Below, piece after piece: positions 56,406 through 64,000 of a stretch of 64,000 nucleotides of DNA. Location: positions 326,040 to 390,039 of the IMG/VR virus record IMGVR_UViG_3300036766_002289. One strand, written 5' to 3'. The notes below the pieces were generated by a model. That model was given only the letters and a program-made list of their open reading frames with translations. It was not told the DNA's origin and did no database searches. Position 1 is the stretch's first letter. The number at the start of each line of letters is the position of its first letter. Position numbers and translations under genes: made by a program.

Positions 56406-56926
56406 ATGATAATAACACTTACAGATAAAGAACTTTATTTTTGCGTGAATTAGCTTTAAAAAGAAATAGAAAAGAAAAAAAGTTTGGTGCCTGCACTTAC
56501 GGTGGCAAGCAAGGCAGTAGCATGGCACATTTTATCGGACTCGTAGGAGAATATGCCGTTGCGAAAAGCGTAGGAACACAAGTTGATGAGCGAATTTTTG
56601 AAGATCATGGAGATGATGGAATTGATATAGAAGACGGTAAGTGGGGCGTTAAAACTACAACCTATATTCATGATCCATATTTAAGAGTTGAAGTGCATCA
56701 TTTCAGTGAAGATATTTATGGCTATATTCTGTGCGCGTATAAACCAAATGTAAATATAAGAAAGTTAAATGTAGTAGGAAGAAAAGTAAACATAGTAGGA
56801 TGGGCTTCTAGGGAAGAAGTAAGATCGGCTAATAAGAGAGTTTTGAGAAGCGGCGGGCCGCTTAATTACATTTTGAAAGACCATCAACTTAAAGATTGGA
56901 TTACTGCACAAATTGAAAGTAAATAA
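56406..56926 (+). CDS. PD-(D/E)XK-like protein, apparently frameshifted near its N-terminus
   Basis: GLVGEYAVAK...DDGIDI...VKTT. SD and ATG 56406 are in a different frame from track ORF 56441, joined by -1 at T5 56438-56442. Confidence 0.45.
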
Positions 56927-56930
56927 ACAA

Positions 56931-56959
56931 AAAAGCCTAATCAAAATGATTAGGCTTTT
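56931..56959. terminator. Rho-independent terminator
   Basis: AAAAGCCTAATCA-AAA-TGATTAGGCTTTT. Confidence 0.8.
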
Positions 56960-57158
56960 ATCATTTCCACACTATTTTAAAATATGGATAAATTAGAAGA
57001 AAAATGGATTGATAGTTCTGCCAACTGCAAACTCTGTGGCAAAGCTAGGAATGGTGAGCGGTGGTAGCACCAAGGTTTGCTCTTGGGGAACTTACAGACT
57101 ATGAAAAACACCTTAATGATTTTGTACAGAATTACGACTATACTAAGTAAAGTGAATT

Positions 57159-57377
57159 ATGAAAAATTATTGGTTAAACAAAAAGACCGATGGTATTGAG
57201 ATTAAAAAGGCTTTAGGACGAGAAAAATGGTATATAGTAAGCATCGTTAACGGTGATTATCACTATTTACATAAAGATGGGGAATGGCGGCTTTCTGTGT
57301 ATTTGAATCAAGGATTAACGGGCTTATATGATACAAAGGAAGAGGCTGAAATAGTATTAGCTAAGGTGAAAGTATGA
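57159..57377 (+). CDS. MKNYWL paralogue 1
   Basis: MKNYWL...WY...YLHKDGEW...YDTKEEAE. Confidence 0.75.
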   Translation: MKNYWLNKKTDGIEIKKALGREKWYIVSIVNGDYHYLHKDGEWRLSVYLNQGLTGLYDTKEEAEIVLAKVKV

Positions 57378-57613
57378 AAAACTATTGGTTAGATAGGGTA
57401 AACGAAGTAGTTTGGATGGCTCACATGGAAAATGTTAATAAATGGTATGTGATTAAAAAAACTATCGGACACAATTTACTTTATCTTCACAGGGACGGAG
57501 TATGGCGATTTTTTGTGCTTTCGAGGTATAATAAGAATTTCTTATATGACACAAGAGAAGAAGCTGAAGCAATATTGGCTAAGGTTAAATATGAAAAATT
57601 ATTGGTTAGATAG
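57374..57613 (+). CDS. MKNYWL paralogue 2
   Basis: MKNYWL...WY...YLHRDGVW...YDTREEAE. Confidence 0.75.
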   Translation: MKNYWLDRVNEVVWMAHMENVNKWYVIKKTIGHNLLYLHRDGVWRFFVLSRYNKNFLYDTREEAEAILAKVKYEKLLVR

Positions 57614-57893
57614 GTGGACTGAACCAACTATAAAGCAGGTTAATGACGCACACTTGCGATGTAATGGTCAATGGTATGTTAGCAGGCAATTAAAGTCTGA
57701 AATTGAAGAATATGAACTTCTCTGGGATTATTGTTGGCAAGGACAACAAATGGCATCTGGAAATTATCCTGATACTTACTTTCTACACAGTGATGGAACT
57801 TGGTATAGAAATTCAACTTTAAAAAATGGTAAGTGGACAGGCTACTATGACACAAGGGCAGAAGCAGAAAAAGCAGTTACCAATCTATGCTAA
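57591..57893 (+). CDS. MKNYWL paralogue 3
   Basis: MKNYWL...WY...FLHSDGTW...YDTRAEAE. True start 57591, not 57513. Confidence 0.75.
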   Translation: MKNYWLDRWTEPTIKQVNDAHLRCNGQWYVSRQLKSEIEEYELLWDYCWQGQQMASGNYPDTYFLHSDGTWYRNSTLKNGKWTGYYDTRAEAEKAVTNLC

Positions 57894-58158
57894 TACATTC
57901 TTCAATTATATCAACCCAGGTATTGTCATATTCATGAGTGGTCCAAGCACCTTGAGTTAGGTCACGGAGTTTATTACGTATTTGCATACCTTCTCTGAAG
58001 TGGACGGAATGGGGTATTCCATCTTCCATCCAAACGGCGTTCAATGTGCCGTGTTCTTTCTTAATTTTCCTAAAGAAGGCTAGGCCATCTTGTCCTAGCC
58101 ATGCCCGCATGTCTGGGATTAAATTGAAGTAATCTTCTTTAGATTTCTTATCGTACAT
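57877..58158 (-). CDS. Hypothetical protein
   Basis: SD AAGGA, HSVHFREGMQIRNKLR. Confidence 0.7.
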   Translation of the reverse strand: MYDKKSKEDYFNLIPDMRAWLGQDGLAFFRKIKKEHGTLNAVWMEDGIPHSVHFREGMQIRNKLRDLTQGAWTTHEYDNTWVDIIEECISIDW

Positions 58159-58163
58159 AAATT

Positions 58164-58328
58164 CTATCCTTCATGACCACCTTCTGTTTCTTGGTCTGGC
58201 CGTGCCCAATTTGGAAATTGGGTCCAATCAACCATATTACGGTAGGGCATATCATAGAGCTTTTTCAGTTCCTGACTGAATTTACCGTTTTTACATTGTT
58301 CCAGGGCGATTTTTACATCAGGTTCCAT
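58164..58328 (-). CDS. Small 54-aa protein missing from the track
   Basis: SD GGAG. MEPDVKIALEQCKNGKFSQELKKLYDMPYRNMVDWTQFPNWARPDQETEGGHEG. Confidence 0.65.
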   Translation of the reverse strand: MEPDVKIALEQCKNGKFSQELKKLYDMPYRNMVDWTQFPNWARPDQETEGGHEG

Positions 58329-58339
58329 AGTAATCTCCT

Positions 58340-58768
58340 TTATGTAGTTCTAAGTTGTTTAACAATTTCTGCCACTAAGGTTCCATCTACATCCCTCTTA
58401 TTAGCTTTGAAGTGTTTCATAGCAATACCAGTTGCTTGACCATCTGCTTTCGCCCCTTTTAGTTCTTCAAGTTTAGGGGTCAATTCGGCAATGATATCTT
58501 CGCGGCTTAGTTGCGTAGGGACTAAAGCGGTTAGAATTGCTTTTTCTCCCAGCAAAACGGCATTGCCAGGTTTGTAAGTTAGCATTTCTTCAATACCTTG
58601 AAGGGTTTTTCTTACAATGGTGTATATTTGTTCATCGGTAAGGTCTTTACCGCGACCTTCTTGGGTATCAATTTCGCCAAGAACTACTTTAAGTATGTTT
58701 TTGGCTACATCGTCTTTGGCTTTGACGGCGGTAAGGATACTTGCTTTGATACGGTCTTTAAGAGTCAT
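58340..58768 (-). CDS. yqeY: GatB/YqeY domain protein
   Basis: MTLKDRIKA....A.KAKD......LK..LGEI...E...LTDEQI. Confidence 0.8.
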   Translation of the reverse strand: MTLKDRIKASILTAVKAKDDVAKNILKVVLGEIDTQEGRGKDLTDEQIYTIVRKTLQGIEEMLTYKPGNAVLLGEKAILTALVPTQLSREDIIAELTPKLEELKGAKADGQATGIAMKHFKANKRDVDGTLVAEIVKQLRTT

Positions 58769-58837
58769 GGTTTTCTTCCTTAGTATCATGTTGCCCCATT
58801 CAAAAAAGGCATCATGGTCATTGATATTAATATACAT

Positions 58838-59299
58838 TTAGATAGTGCCCACTAAGCATTTATGTTTCACTTTTCGGTCAGCAAAGTTCTTCAGGTATTT
58901 GACTGCTGGCATCATTTGGCCTTGGGCAAACACGGGGACTTTGCCTGTGCTTAGGTAGATTCTTTGGGCAATTTCTGCCATTGAACCAAACACGTTTTGG
59001 TTTCTGGTTGTCTTACAGATAAGGGCAATGACTGCACCAGTATTAAAATCATCTGTATTGATGAAAATAGGCTCACACTCTGCTATTACTGGAGAGTAAG
59101 AGAATTTATCTAATTCTCTTACAGTTGATTGTGGTAGTTCTTCGGCATTTAATATGAGGAAGTTACCACTAACTTCGTCGATACTTTTGAAGTTTGGATA
59201 ATCCACAATATGGATAAACTTATGGAAGTAGGACTTTAGTTTTTGGTAGGATTCATAAGTTCCGATGCAGATACCGTCGCCTAGATCAATAGATTTCAT
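58838..59299 (-). CDS. Hypothetical protein
   Basis: Co-oriented in the small-gene cluster. Confidence 0.6.
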   Translation of the reverse strand: MKSIDLGDGICIGTYESYQKLKSYFHKFIHIVDYPNFKSIDEVSGNFLILNAEELPQSTVRELDKFSYSPVIAECEPIFINTDDFNTGAVIALICKTTRNQNVFGSMAEIAQRIYLSTGKVPVFAQGQMMPAVKYLKNFADRKVKHKCLVGTI

Positions 59300-59312
59300 G
59301 GCAATTGGCCTT

Positions 59313-59606
59313 TCATCTAATGACTTTTACCTTAATGTTTTTTCCATTACATATAAGGTAAAAGCTATCTTGTAAGGTTTCGTCAACGTACACAGCAAAC
59401 TTGAATTGGTCATACCAGCCATACAGGTAGAAGTCTGTATTTTGTGGTTTTTCTTCAACCAGCATGTCGGACATTAGGTCTATGAAGGTTGGTGGGATGA
59501 TTAGGTACATAATCAGTCCACCAAGACTATCTCTGGCATCTACCAGAAAGTTGCTCAGGGCAACTACTTTACCCGCTTGATTGGTTAGGTCTAGTGTTTG
59601 TATCAT
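59313..59606 (-). CDS. Hypothetical protein
   Basis: Likely start MIQTLD overlapping the upstream stop. Confidence 0.55.
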   Translation of the reverse strand: MIQTLDLTNQAGKVVALSNFLVDARDSLGGLIMYLIIPPTFIDLMSDMLVEEKPQNTDFYLYGWYDQFKFAVYVDETLQDSFYLICNGKNIKVKVIR

Positions 59607-59944
59607 GGCATCACCCAATGGTATTTCCATTCTTTTTCTATTGTAACTTTTTTGGTTTTCAGGATTTCTTGCATTTCTTCTTCAAGAATATCGAAAATTT
59701 TCTTACTTGTCTCTTTTTCCATTCTCATTTTCAGGGCAAGGACTTGACAATGCCAATCTTCTTCAGAAAAAGGACAAGCAAAAGAATCATGTAGGTGTTT
59801 GCCACCGCACATAGCTTCGATGGAGCCAGTAGGGCCGTTTATATCGCGGGTTGCTGTCATTGATGCACAGCAAACTCTGCAATACATTTCATCCTTAGTT
59901 CCTGGTTTTGGTGAGAAATGATCCCATCCAGCAGTATAGGTCAT
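59603..59944 (-). CDS. Hypothetical Cys/His (Zn-binding?) protein
   Basis: CRVCC...HDSFACP...H, ATGA coupling with the upstream gene. Confidence 0.6.
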   Translation of the reverse strand: MTYTAGWDHFSPKPGTKDEMYCRVCCASMTATRDINGPTGSIEAMCGGKHLHDSFACPFSEEDWHCQVLALKMRMEKETSKKIFDILEEEMQEILKTKKVTIEKEWKYHWVMP

Positions 59945-60291
59945 TTGAAGCAACCTCCATTACAGGTTAGTTTACCGCATAGACCACAATGACCTTGTGT
60001 AGTGTCATAGATTGTAAAGCCTGAATGAATCTCTGTTTTAGTAGTTTGGAGTGGTGGCAGATGATTGCCAGCTTCATCCAGTACATATTCATTGCCAAAT
60101 TCATCAAAATGAATTATTTGGTCATTTCTAATTTCTTTACCAATGCCATTGAAGTCTATTGAATATGCCAGTTTTAGCATATTGGTGATTTCTTTCTTGG
60201 TGCAGGGTTTCGAGATATCTCCATATAAAAGATCACCATATGGGAGGCTATCATAGACGGCATCAATAGCTTTTTGACTAGGATTTTTCAT
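59941..60291 (-). CDS. Hypothetical protein with C-terminal CxxC...C
   Basis: HCGLCGKLTCNGGCFK. Confidence 0.6.
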   Translation of the reverse strand: MKNPSQKAIDAVYDSLPYGDLLYGDISKPCTKKEITNMLKLAYSIDFNGIGKEIRNDQIIHFDEFGNEYVLDEAGNHLPPLQTTKTEIHSGFTIYDTTQGHCGLCGKLTCNGGCFK

Positions 60292-60294
60292 AGC

Positions 60295-61191
60295 TCACCA
60301 ATTATTATCAAGCCAAGTCAGGGTGTCCTGTATATTATAGCTCATTCCGATGGATTTTATTGAAGAAATTAGGTCCAAATCATCCATACTAGCATTTATT
60401 ACAGGTTGCATTCGATGATACTTATGACCTATCAAAGTATTACATTGATAGTTTGTTATTAGAATATCCTTTTCTGTAAACATTTCTAACAATGGCTTGA
60501 TCCAGCTAAAATAGCCCCATTGTTCATTTCGTTCTTCAATAAACTTATTCTTAATACTGCCAATTGACAATACGGATAAATCACTAAATTTTGGTCTAGG
60601 ATTGATATACGCTCTTTCATCTTGCGTTTGGCACATAGCGATTAAAGATGGGTTAACATTAGCAAAAGCACCATCAATATATTTGTCATATATTGGGAAG
60701 AAAGCAGGAACGGCGGCAGTTGCCATAGCTGCATCTAAAACCTTGAAGTCACCATCTGAGTCTGGTCCTTCAAAGTTATGGAGCATTTTTGCTTTCCATC
60801 TACGTTCAGTCGCATGTTCATTATCTATGCAAAAAGTCGTTATCAGTGTTTTTTTCTTAAGATCACTGAGAGTATTTTCTCCAAAAATATTGCCTAGATA
60901 GTCCTTAAATGTGGAGTTATCATATTTAGGGCACATGCCAGCGAAGAACTTAGCTTGTCTGAATACATTAGTTGTAAAGGCATGTGGCATACCTAGTAGG
61001 AAGTTACTTTCGACTTCGCTAATATGGTGCCCACTTGCTATGCCTAATGCTAGAATTCCGCCAATTGATGTTCCAGTTACTAGGTCTATTTTATCAAGTA
61101 GGTCTGGCCTTTTCTCCATTAATCTTCTGATTAAAATAACGGAAGAATAGCCGTGTAGTCCACCGCCATCAATTGACAGAATTCTATACAT
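60295..61191 (-). CDS. Patatin-like phospholipase
   Basis: ILSIDGGG, GTSIGG nucleophile elbow, YIDGA catalytic Asp. Confidence 0.92.
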   Translation of the reverse strand: MYRILSIDGGGLHGYSSVILIRRLMEKRPDLLDKIDLVTGTSIGGILALGIASGHHISEVESNFLLGMPHAFTTNVFRQAKFFAGMCPKYDNSTFKDYLGNIFGENTLSDLKKKTLITTFCIDNEHATERRWKAKMLHNFEGPDSDGDFKVLDAAMATAAVPAFFPIYDKYIDGAFANVNPSLIAMCQTQDERAYINPRPKFSDLSVLSIGSIKNKFIEERNEQWGYFSWIKPLLEMFTEKDILITNYQCNTLIGHKYHRMQPVINASMDDLDLISSIKSIGMSYNIQDTLTWLDNNW

Positions 61192-61214
61192 TATTTACTC
61201 CGTTTCTGGATGCT

Positions 61215-61976
61215 TTAATCCTTGCTCTCAATTTCATTGATGAAATCGTACTTGGCTGCTTCTTTTTCTAGAGCAGTATTCATTACTGAAAGCTCAGTAG
61301 GAATTGGGGTTCCAGTAGCAGCTAGTTTACGGGTATATCCTCTGAAGGCTGCGGTGCCTGAAGAGGCAGCAGCAACGCCAGTAATTGCAGAAGCGGCATT
61401 ACTAAAATCTTGTAATTTCAGTAATGGTGTGCCACAAGTTTCGGCAATTGTGGCCCAGAACGTATTGGATTCTTTGTCATAATCCTTATAAAGGCACTGC
61501 AAAGGATAGACATTGATCCCTGCCGCCTTTAGTTCATTCAACTCATTACGCCAATTCAACTTATCTTTATTTAGTGGGTAGTGCGGTTCATGGGGTGCTG
61601 CATCACCAATCATGACCAAAATCTTGCCACCTTCCATCTTTGACCAGCCCATGCTCTTGGCTAGGCTCATTACAAGTTCATAGCATTCAGGGGCATCACC
61701 GCCACCAGTATTAGGTGCAGTGCGAATAAACTTATAGACGGCAGATTTGTCGTTGGTTAGTGGGAGTAGGTTGTAGCAATTCTTGCCATCGCAATAATCA
61801 CCGTGGGAAATAAGGCCAACTCTTAGGTCTGGGATGAGTTGGAACATTTCTTCGACTGTTTTCTCCATATGACTGCGGACATTGGCAATAGCCGCTGCCA
61901 TAGAGCCAGTTGTATCGAAGCTAAAAACTACTTCTGTGGCTTTATTGATATTCTCTGTAATATTAACGCTGTCCAT
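61215..61976 (-). CDS. von Willebrand factor A domain protein
   Basis: FSFDTTGSM MIDAS, GGGDAPECYE, VMIGDAAPH. Confidence 0.9.
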   Translation of the reverse strand: MDSVNITENINKATEVVFSFDTTGSMAAAIANVRSHMEKTVEEMFQLIPDLRVGLISHGDYCDGKNCYNLLPLTNDKSAVYKFIRTAPNTGGGDAPECYELVMSLAKSMGWSKMEGGKILVMIGDAAPHEPHYPLNKDKLNWRNELNELKAAGINVYPLQCLYKDYDKESNTFWATIAETCGTPLLKLQDFSNAASAITGVAAASSGTAAFRGYTRKLAATGTPIPTELSVMNTALEKEAAKYDFINEIESKD

Positions 61977-61998
61977 GATTAAATCTCCAAAACGTAAT

Positions 61999-62027
61999 AT
62001 GATAGCACAACTAGGGTTTTATTGCAA
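61999..62027 (-). promoter_or_regulatory. Sigma70-type early promoter for the vWA-patatin cluster
   Basis: TTGCAA-17 nt-TATCAT with TG extended -10. Confidence 0.75.
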
Positions 62028-62043
62028 GGCTTACTCTAACTTA

Positions 62044-62460
62044 CTACAAATTGCTTCTTTGTAAAGGGGTTTCTGTGCGAAAATCTTTGTAGTTTACACC
62101 ATCAAAGATCAGTTCCATTTCTATGGATTTATCTGTATCTTCAATTTTGCAATGTAGAATTTTCAAATTTTGTAGAGTCCATTGTTCTTCGTCTGAACTC
62201 ATTTTACCCCAACCTGCACTTCTTGTAGTACAGCCAGTTTGGGGATTTCTTTTGCCTTCTTCTGCGTAGAAGCTGCTTATTTTAATTTTAGCATCTTCAA
62301 AAGCTTCATTAAACTTTTTGATTTTAAGAGATTGCCAAGTAGCGTGCCAAGGTTGCCAGTCGCCATTAATCTCTAGGCCACCGACATATAGTTTTGGCCT
62401 AACTGCTTCTACTTCTAATATAAGAACATCATTTTTCATCGAGTGAATTTCTAATTTCAT
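62044..62460 (-). CDS. Hypothetical protein
   Basis: Co-oriented ORF. Confidence 0.55.
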   Translation of the reverse strand: MKLEIHSMKNDVLILEVEAVRPKLYVGGLEINGDWQPWHATWQSLKIKKFNEAFEDAKIKISSFYAEEGKRNPQTGCTTRSAGWGKMSSDEEQWTLQNLKILHCKIEDTDKSIEMELIFDGVNYKDFRTETPLQRSNL

Positions 62461-62728
62461 TTTCTACCCTATTTTGCAATCGAATAAATTCCTTACTAGC
62501 GTAAACGTCACTAGTTAGGTTGTTTTGCAATACGTCATAACAATAAATCTGTACTAATTTAAGCAGAAGTTTCTCGCCCTTATTAGCTTTTTGCGGTAAA
62601 GATATTTTAAGTCCTTCAACCAAAAGTGCATAGTTTTGTAATTTCAAATTTGCATTAATTGTAAATTGGTATTCTGGATGTTTGACTTTTAGTTTCTTAC
62701 CTTTTTTCAATTGTTCTAGCAATTTCAT
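62429..62728 (-). CDS. Hypothetical basic protein
   Basis: ATGA-coupled ORF. Confidence 0.6.
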   Translation of the reverse strand: MKLLEQLKKGKKLKVKHPEYQFTINANLKLQNYALLVEGLKISLPQKANKGEKLLLKLVQIYCYDVLQNNLTSDVYASKEFIRLQNRVENEIRNSLDEK

Positions 62729-63141
62729 AAGTCCGCTCCTTCTAAGTTCATTTCTTTGATTTTTTGTTGCACAATGTTTAATTGTTTTTCTATATTTTTC
62801 TTTTGCATATGTAGGACTGGTTCTTTTTTCTCTATTAATGCAATTACTTCCACAAGATTGTTTCTGAGTGTCTTTTCTTCTTGGATTGCAGAAATTTCAT
62901 GTTCAGATAACCTTCTAATAGCCAAGTCAATATTGGAATGAATATGATGCATCCCAATAATAACGCCTTCAGCAGCGGTGTCAAGACGGTATTTCAACAC
63001 TTCTGAAATTGGTAATTTATTCAAATCTTCCAGTGTATGGATATATTTAAATCCAATTATCTTTTTCCAGTCTTCTTTATGTGGACCTTGTACAGCTGTT
63101 ACGCGGGTATTAACTCTTTCACACCATATGAATTTTTTCAT
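62725..63141 (-). CDS. Hypothetical protein
   Basis: TATAAT just upstream, coiled-coil C-terminus. Confidence 0.6.
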   Translation of the reverse strand: MKKFIWCERVNTRVTAVQGPHKEDWKKIIGFKYIHTLEDLNKLPISEVLKYRLDTAAEGVIIGMHHIHSNIDLAIRRLSEHEISAIQEEKTLRNNLVEVIALIEKKEPVLHMQKKNIEKQLNIVQQKIKEMNLEGADL

Positions 63142-63153
63142 ATATTATTATAG

Positions 63154-63483
63154 TTACGCTGACATGTTCTTCATAATTCTCTTCATCCTTGCCGCCCATG
63201 CTTGCATTCTTTTCAAGTCTTTATATATCGTGAATACGCTACCACAGAAAGGATGCTTTAATTTAAATTTAAACAAATTAAAAATGAGTGTTTTTGGTTT
63301 AACTTTCTTTAGGATATCATAACCATAGAAATTCCAGCCAACTGCGCAATCGGTACATATGGGCACAATCTCCGTGTCTACTGTTCTAAGAACAGATGTG
63401 GCTTTATGATTGCCACATGCTAGACAAGGTTTATTGCCAAAAAAATTGGCTTGCCAAAGAGGATCAGGGAATTCAAAATTCAT
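63154..63483 (-). CDS. Hypothetical Zn-ribbon protein
   Basis: CLACG...ICTDC. Confidence 0.65.
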   Translation of the reverse strand: MNFEFPDPLWQANFFGNKPCLACGNHKATSVLRTVDTEIVPICTDCAVGWNFYGYDILKKVKPKTLIFNLFKFKLKHPFCGSVFTIYKDLKRMQAWAARMKRIMKNMSA

Positions 63484-64000
63484 CGTTCAATCCTTCATAA
63501 AGGTCAAACCAATCTTTATCTTCTTCTACATTTGTGTCATAAAGGCAATACTCCGTTGTAAAATGTGGTGGTGCCCGCCACATGCAACAGTATTTTATGG
63601 CCAAAGCACCATATGACTTTTTATCATATTCTCTATCGGTGCAAAGGAAATAATCCTTTCCATGATTTCGGCTCATAGGAAGGCGACAATTATCTTTAGC
63701 CTGGAAGTGAATCTCAAAATACAAACTTTGATCTGCATATTGTGGGTAACGGGGGCATTCAATCTTTACTCGGATGATATTGACCCCAGCATCTTTTAAC
63801 TTGGATACAATCCCATCAACCCATTGCTTGCATTCATCGTAGTCTTTGCATCTATAGGTATGGGAGGTCATATATTCTGTTCGAAAATATGATCTATCAG
63901 GCTTGACTAAATCTATAACTATCGTATTGACATTTAAAGATTTAGCAGCTTCTATGATTTTTTTATCACCAGTGATATGGATTTCAAATACTTGCAGCAA
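63473..64000 (-). CDS. Hypothetical protein (may extend beyond the window)
   Basis: FEIHITG...RVKIE...FEIH internal duplication. Confidence 0.6.
   Translation of the reverse strand: MLQVFEIHITGDKKIIEAAKSLNVNTIVIDLVKPDRSYFRTEYMTSHTYRCKDYDECKQWVDGIVSKLKDAGVNIIRVKIECPRYPQYADQSLYFEIHFQAKDNCRLPMSRNHGKDYFLCTDREYDKKSYGALAIKYCCMWRAPPHFTTEYCLYDTNVEEDKDWFDLYEGLNDEF

Noticed and set aside
57065-57067. In-frame TAG suggesting stop-codon reassignment
   Set aside because: Conserved genes across the window are intact in code 11, and some end at TAG or TGA at sensible positions
56984-57150. Possible structured ncRNA (GCAAAC/GTTTGC, GGTG-GTAG-CACC)
   Set aside because: Stems are short and match no class I know. 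The region reads better as a small CKLC-containing ORF (56984-57067) plus a -1 frame continuation to 57150, i.e. a broken microgene.

Overview
AT-rich 64 kb segment of a large T4-like myophage genome, read in the standard genetic code (genes are intact in it). The window holds most of the virion morphogenesis module. Tail side: tape measure, tube initiator, gp53-like, hub, gp5-like spike, gp25, gp6, gp7-like and fibre-like proteins. Head side: terminase, intein-containing portal, gp21 protease, scaffold and gp23 major capsid protein. Interspersed are three free-standing homing endonucleases, a primase, a Cas4-like nuclease, an actin-fold ATPase, several glycosyltransferase, methyltransferase and sulfotransferase-like genes, a metalloprotease and a 2H phosphoesterase. 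The right-hand end is a region of small early or accessory genes (YqeY, patatin, vWA, a tandem paralogue array). No tRNA, rRNA, CRISPR array, integrase or reverse transcriptase was recognised. The most striking features are: (i) a 1444-aa Cys/Ser/Pro/Phe repeat fibre directly followed by a Maf/sialyltransferase-like gene within a dispersed glycan-modification set, suggesting virion glycosylation; (ii) strongly Cys-enriched tail-tip proteins; (iii) a phage actin homologue; (iv) two genes that appear to start at ATT/ATC behind strong Shine-Dalgarno (SD) sites; and (v) a mutually exclusive hairpin switch over a glycosyltransferase start codon. Family assignments come from motif recognition by eye, not database searches, and hand-counted coordinates may be off by 1-2 nt.
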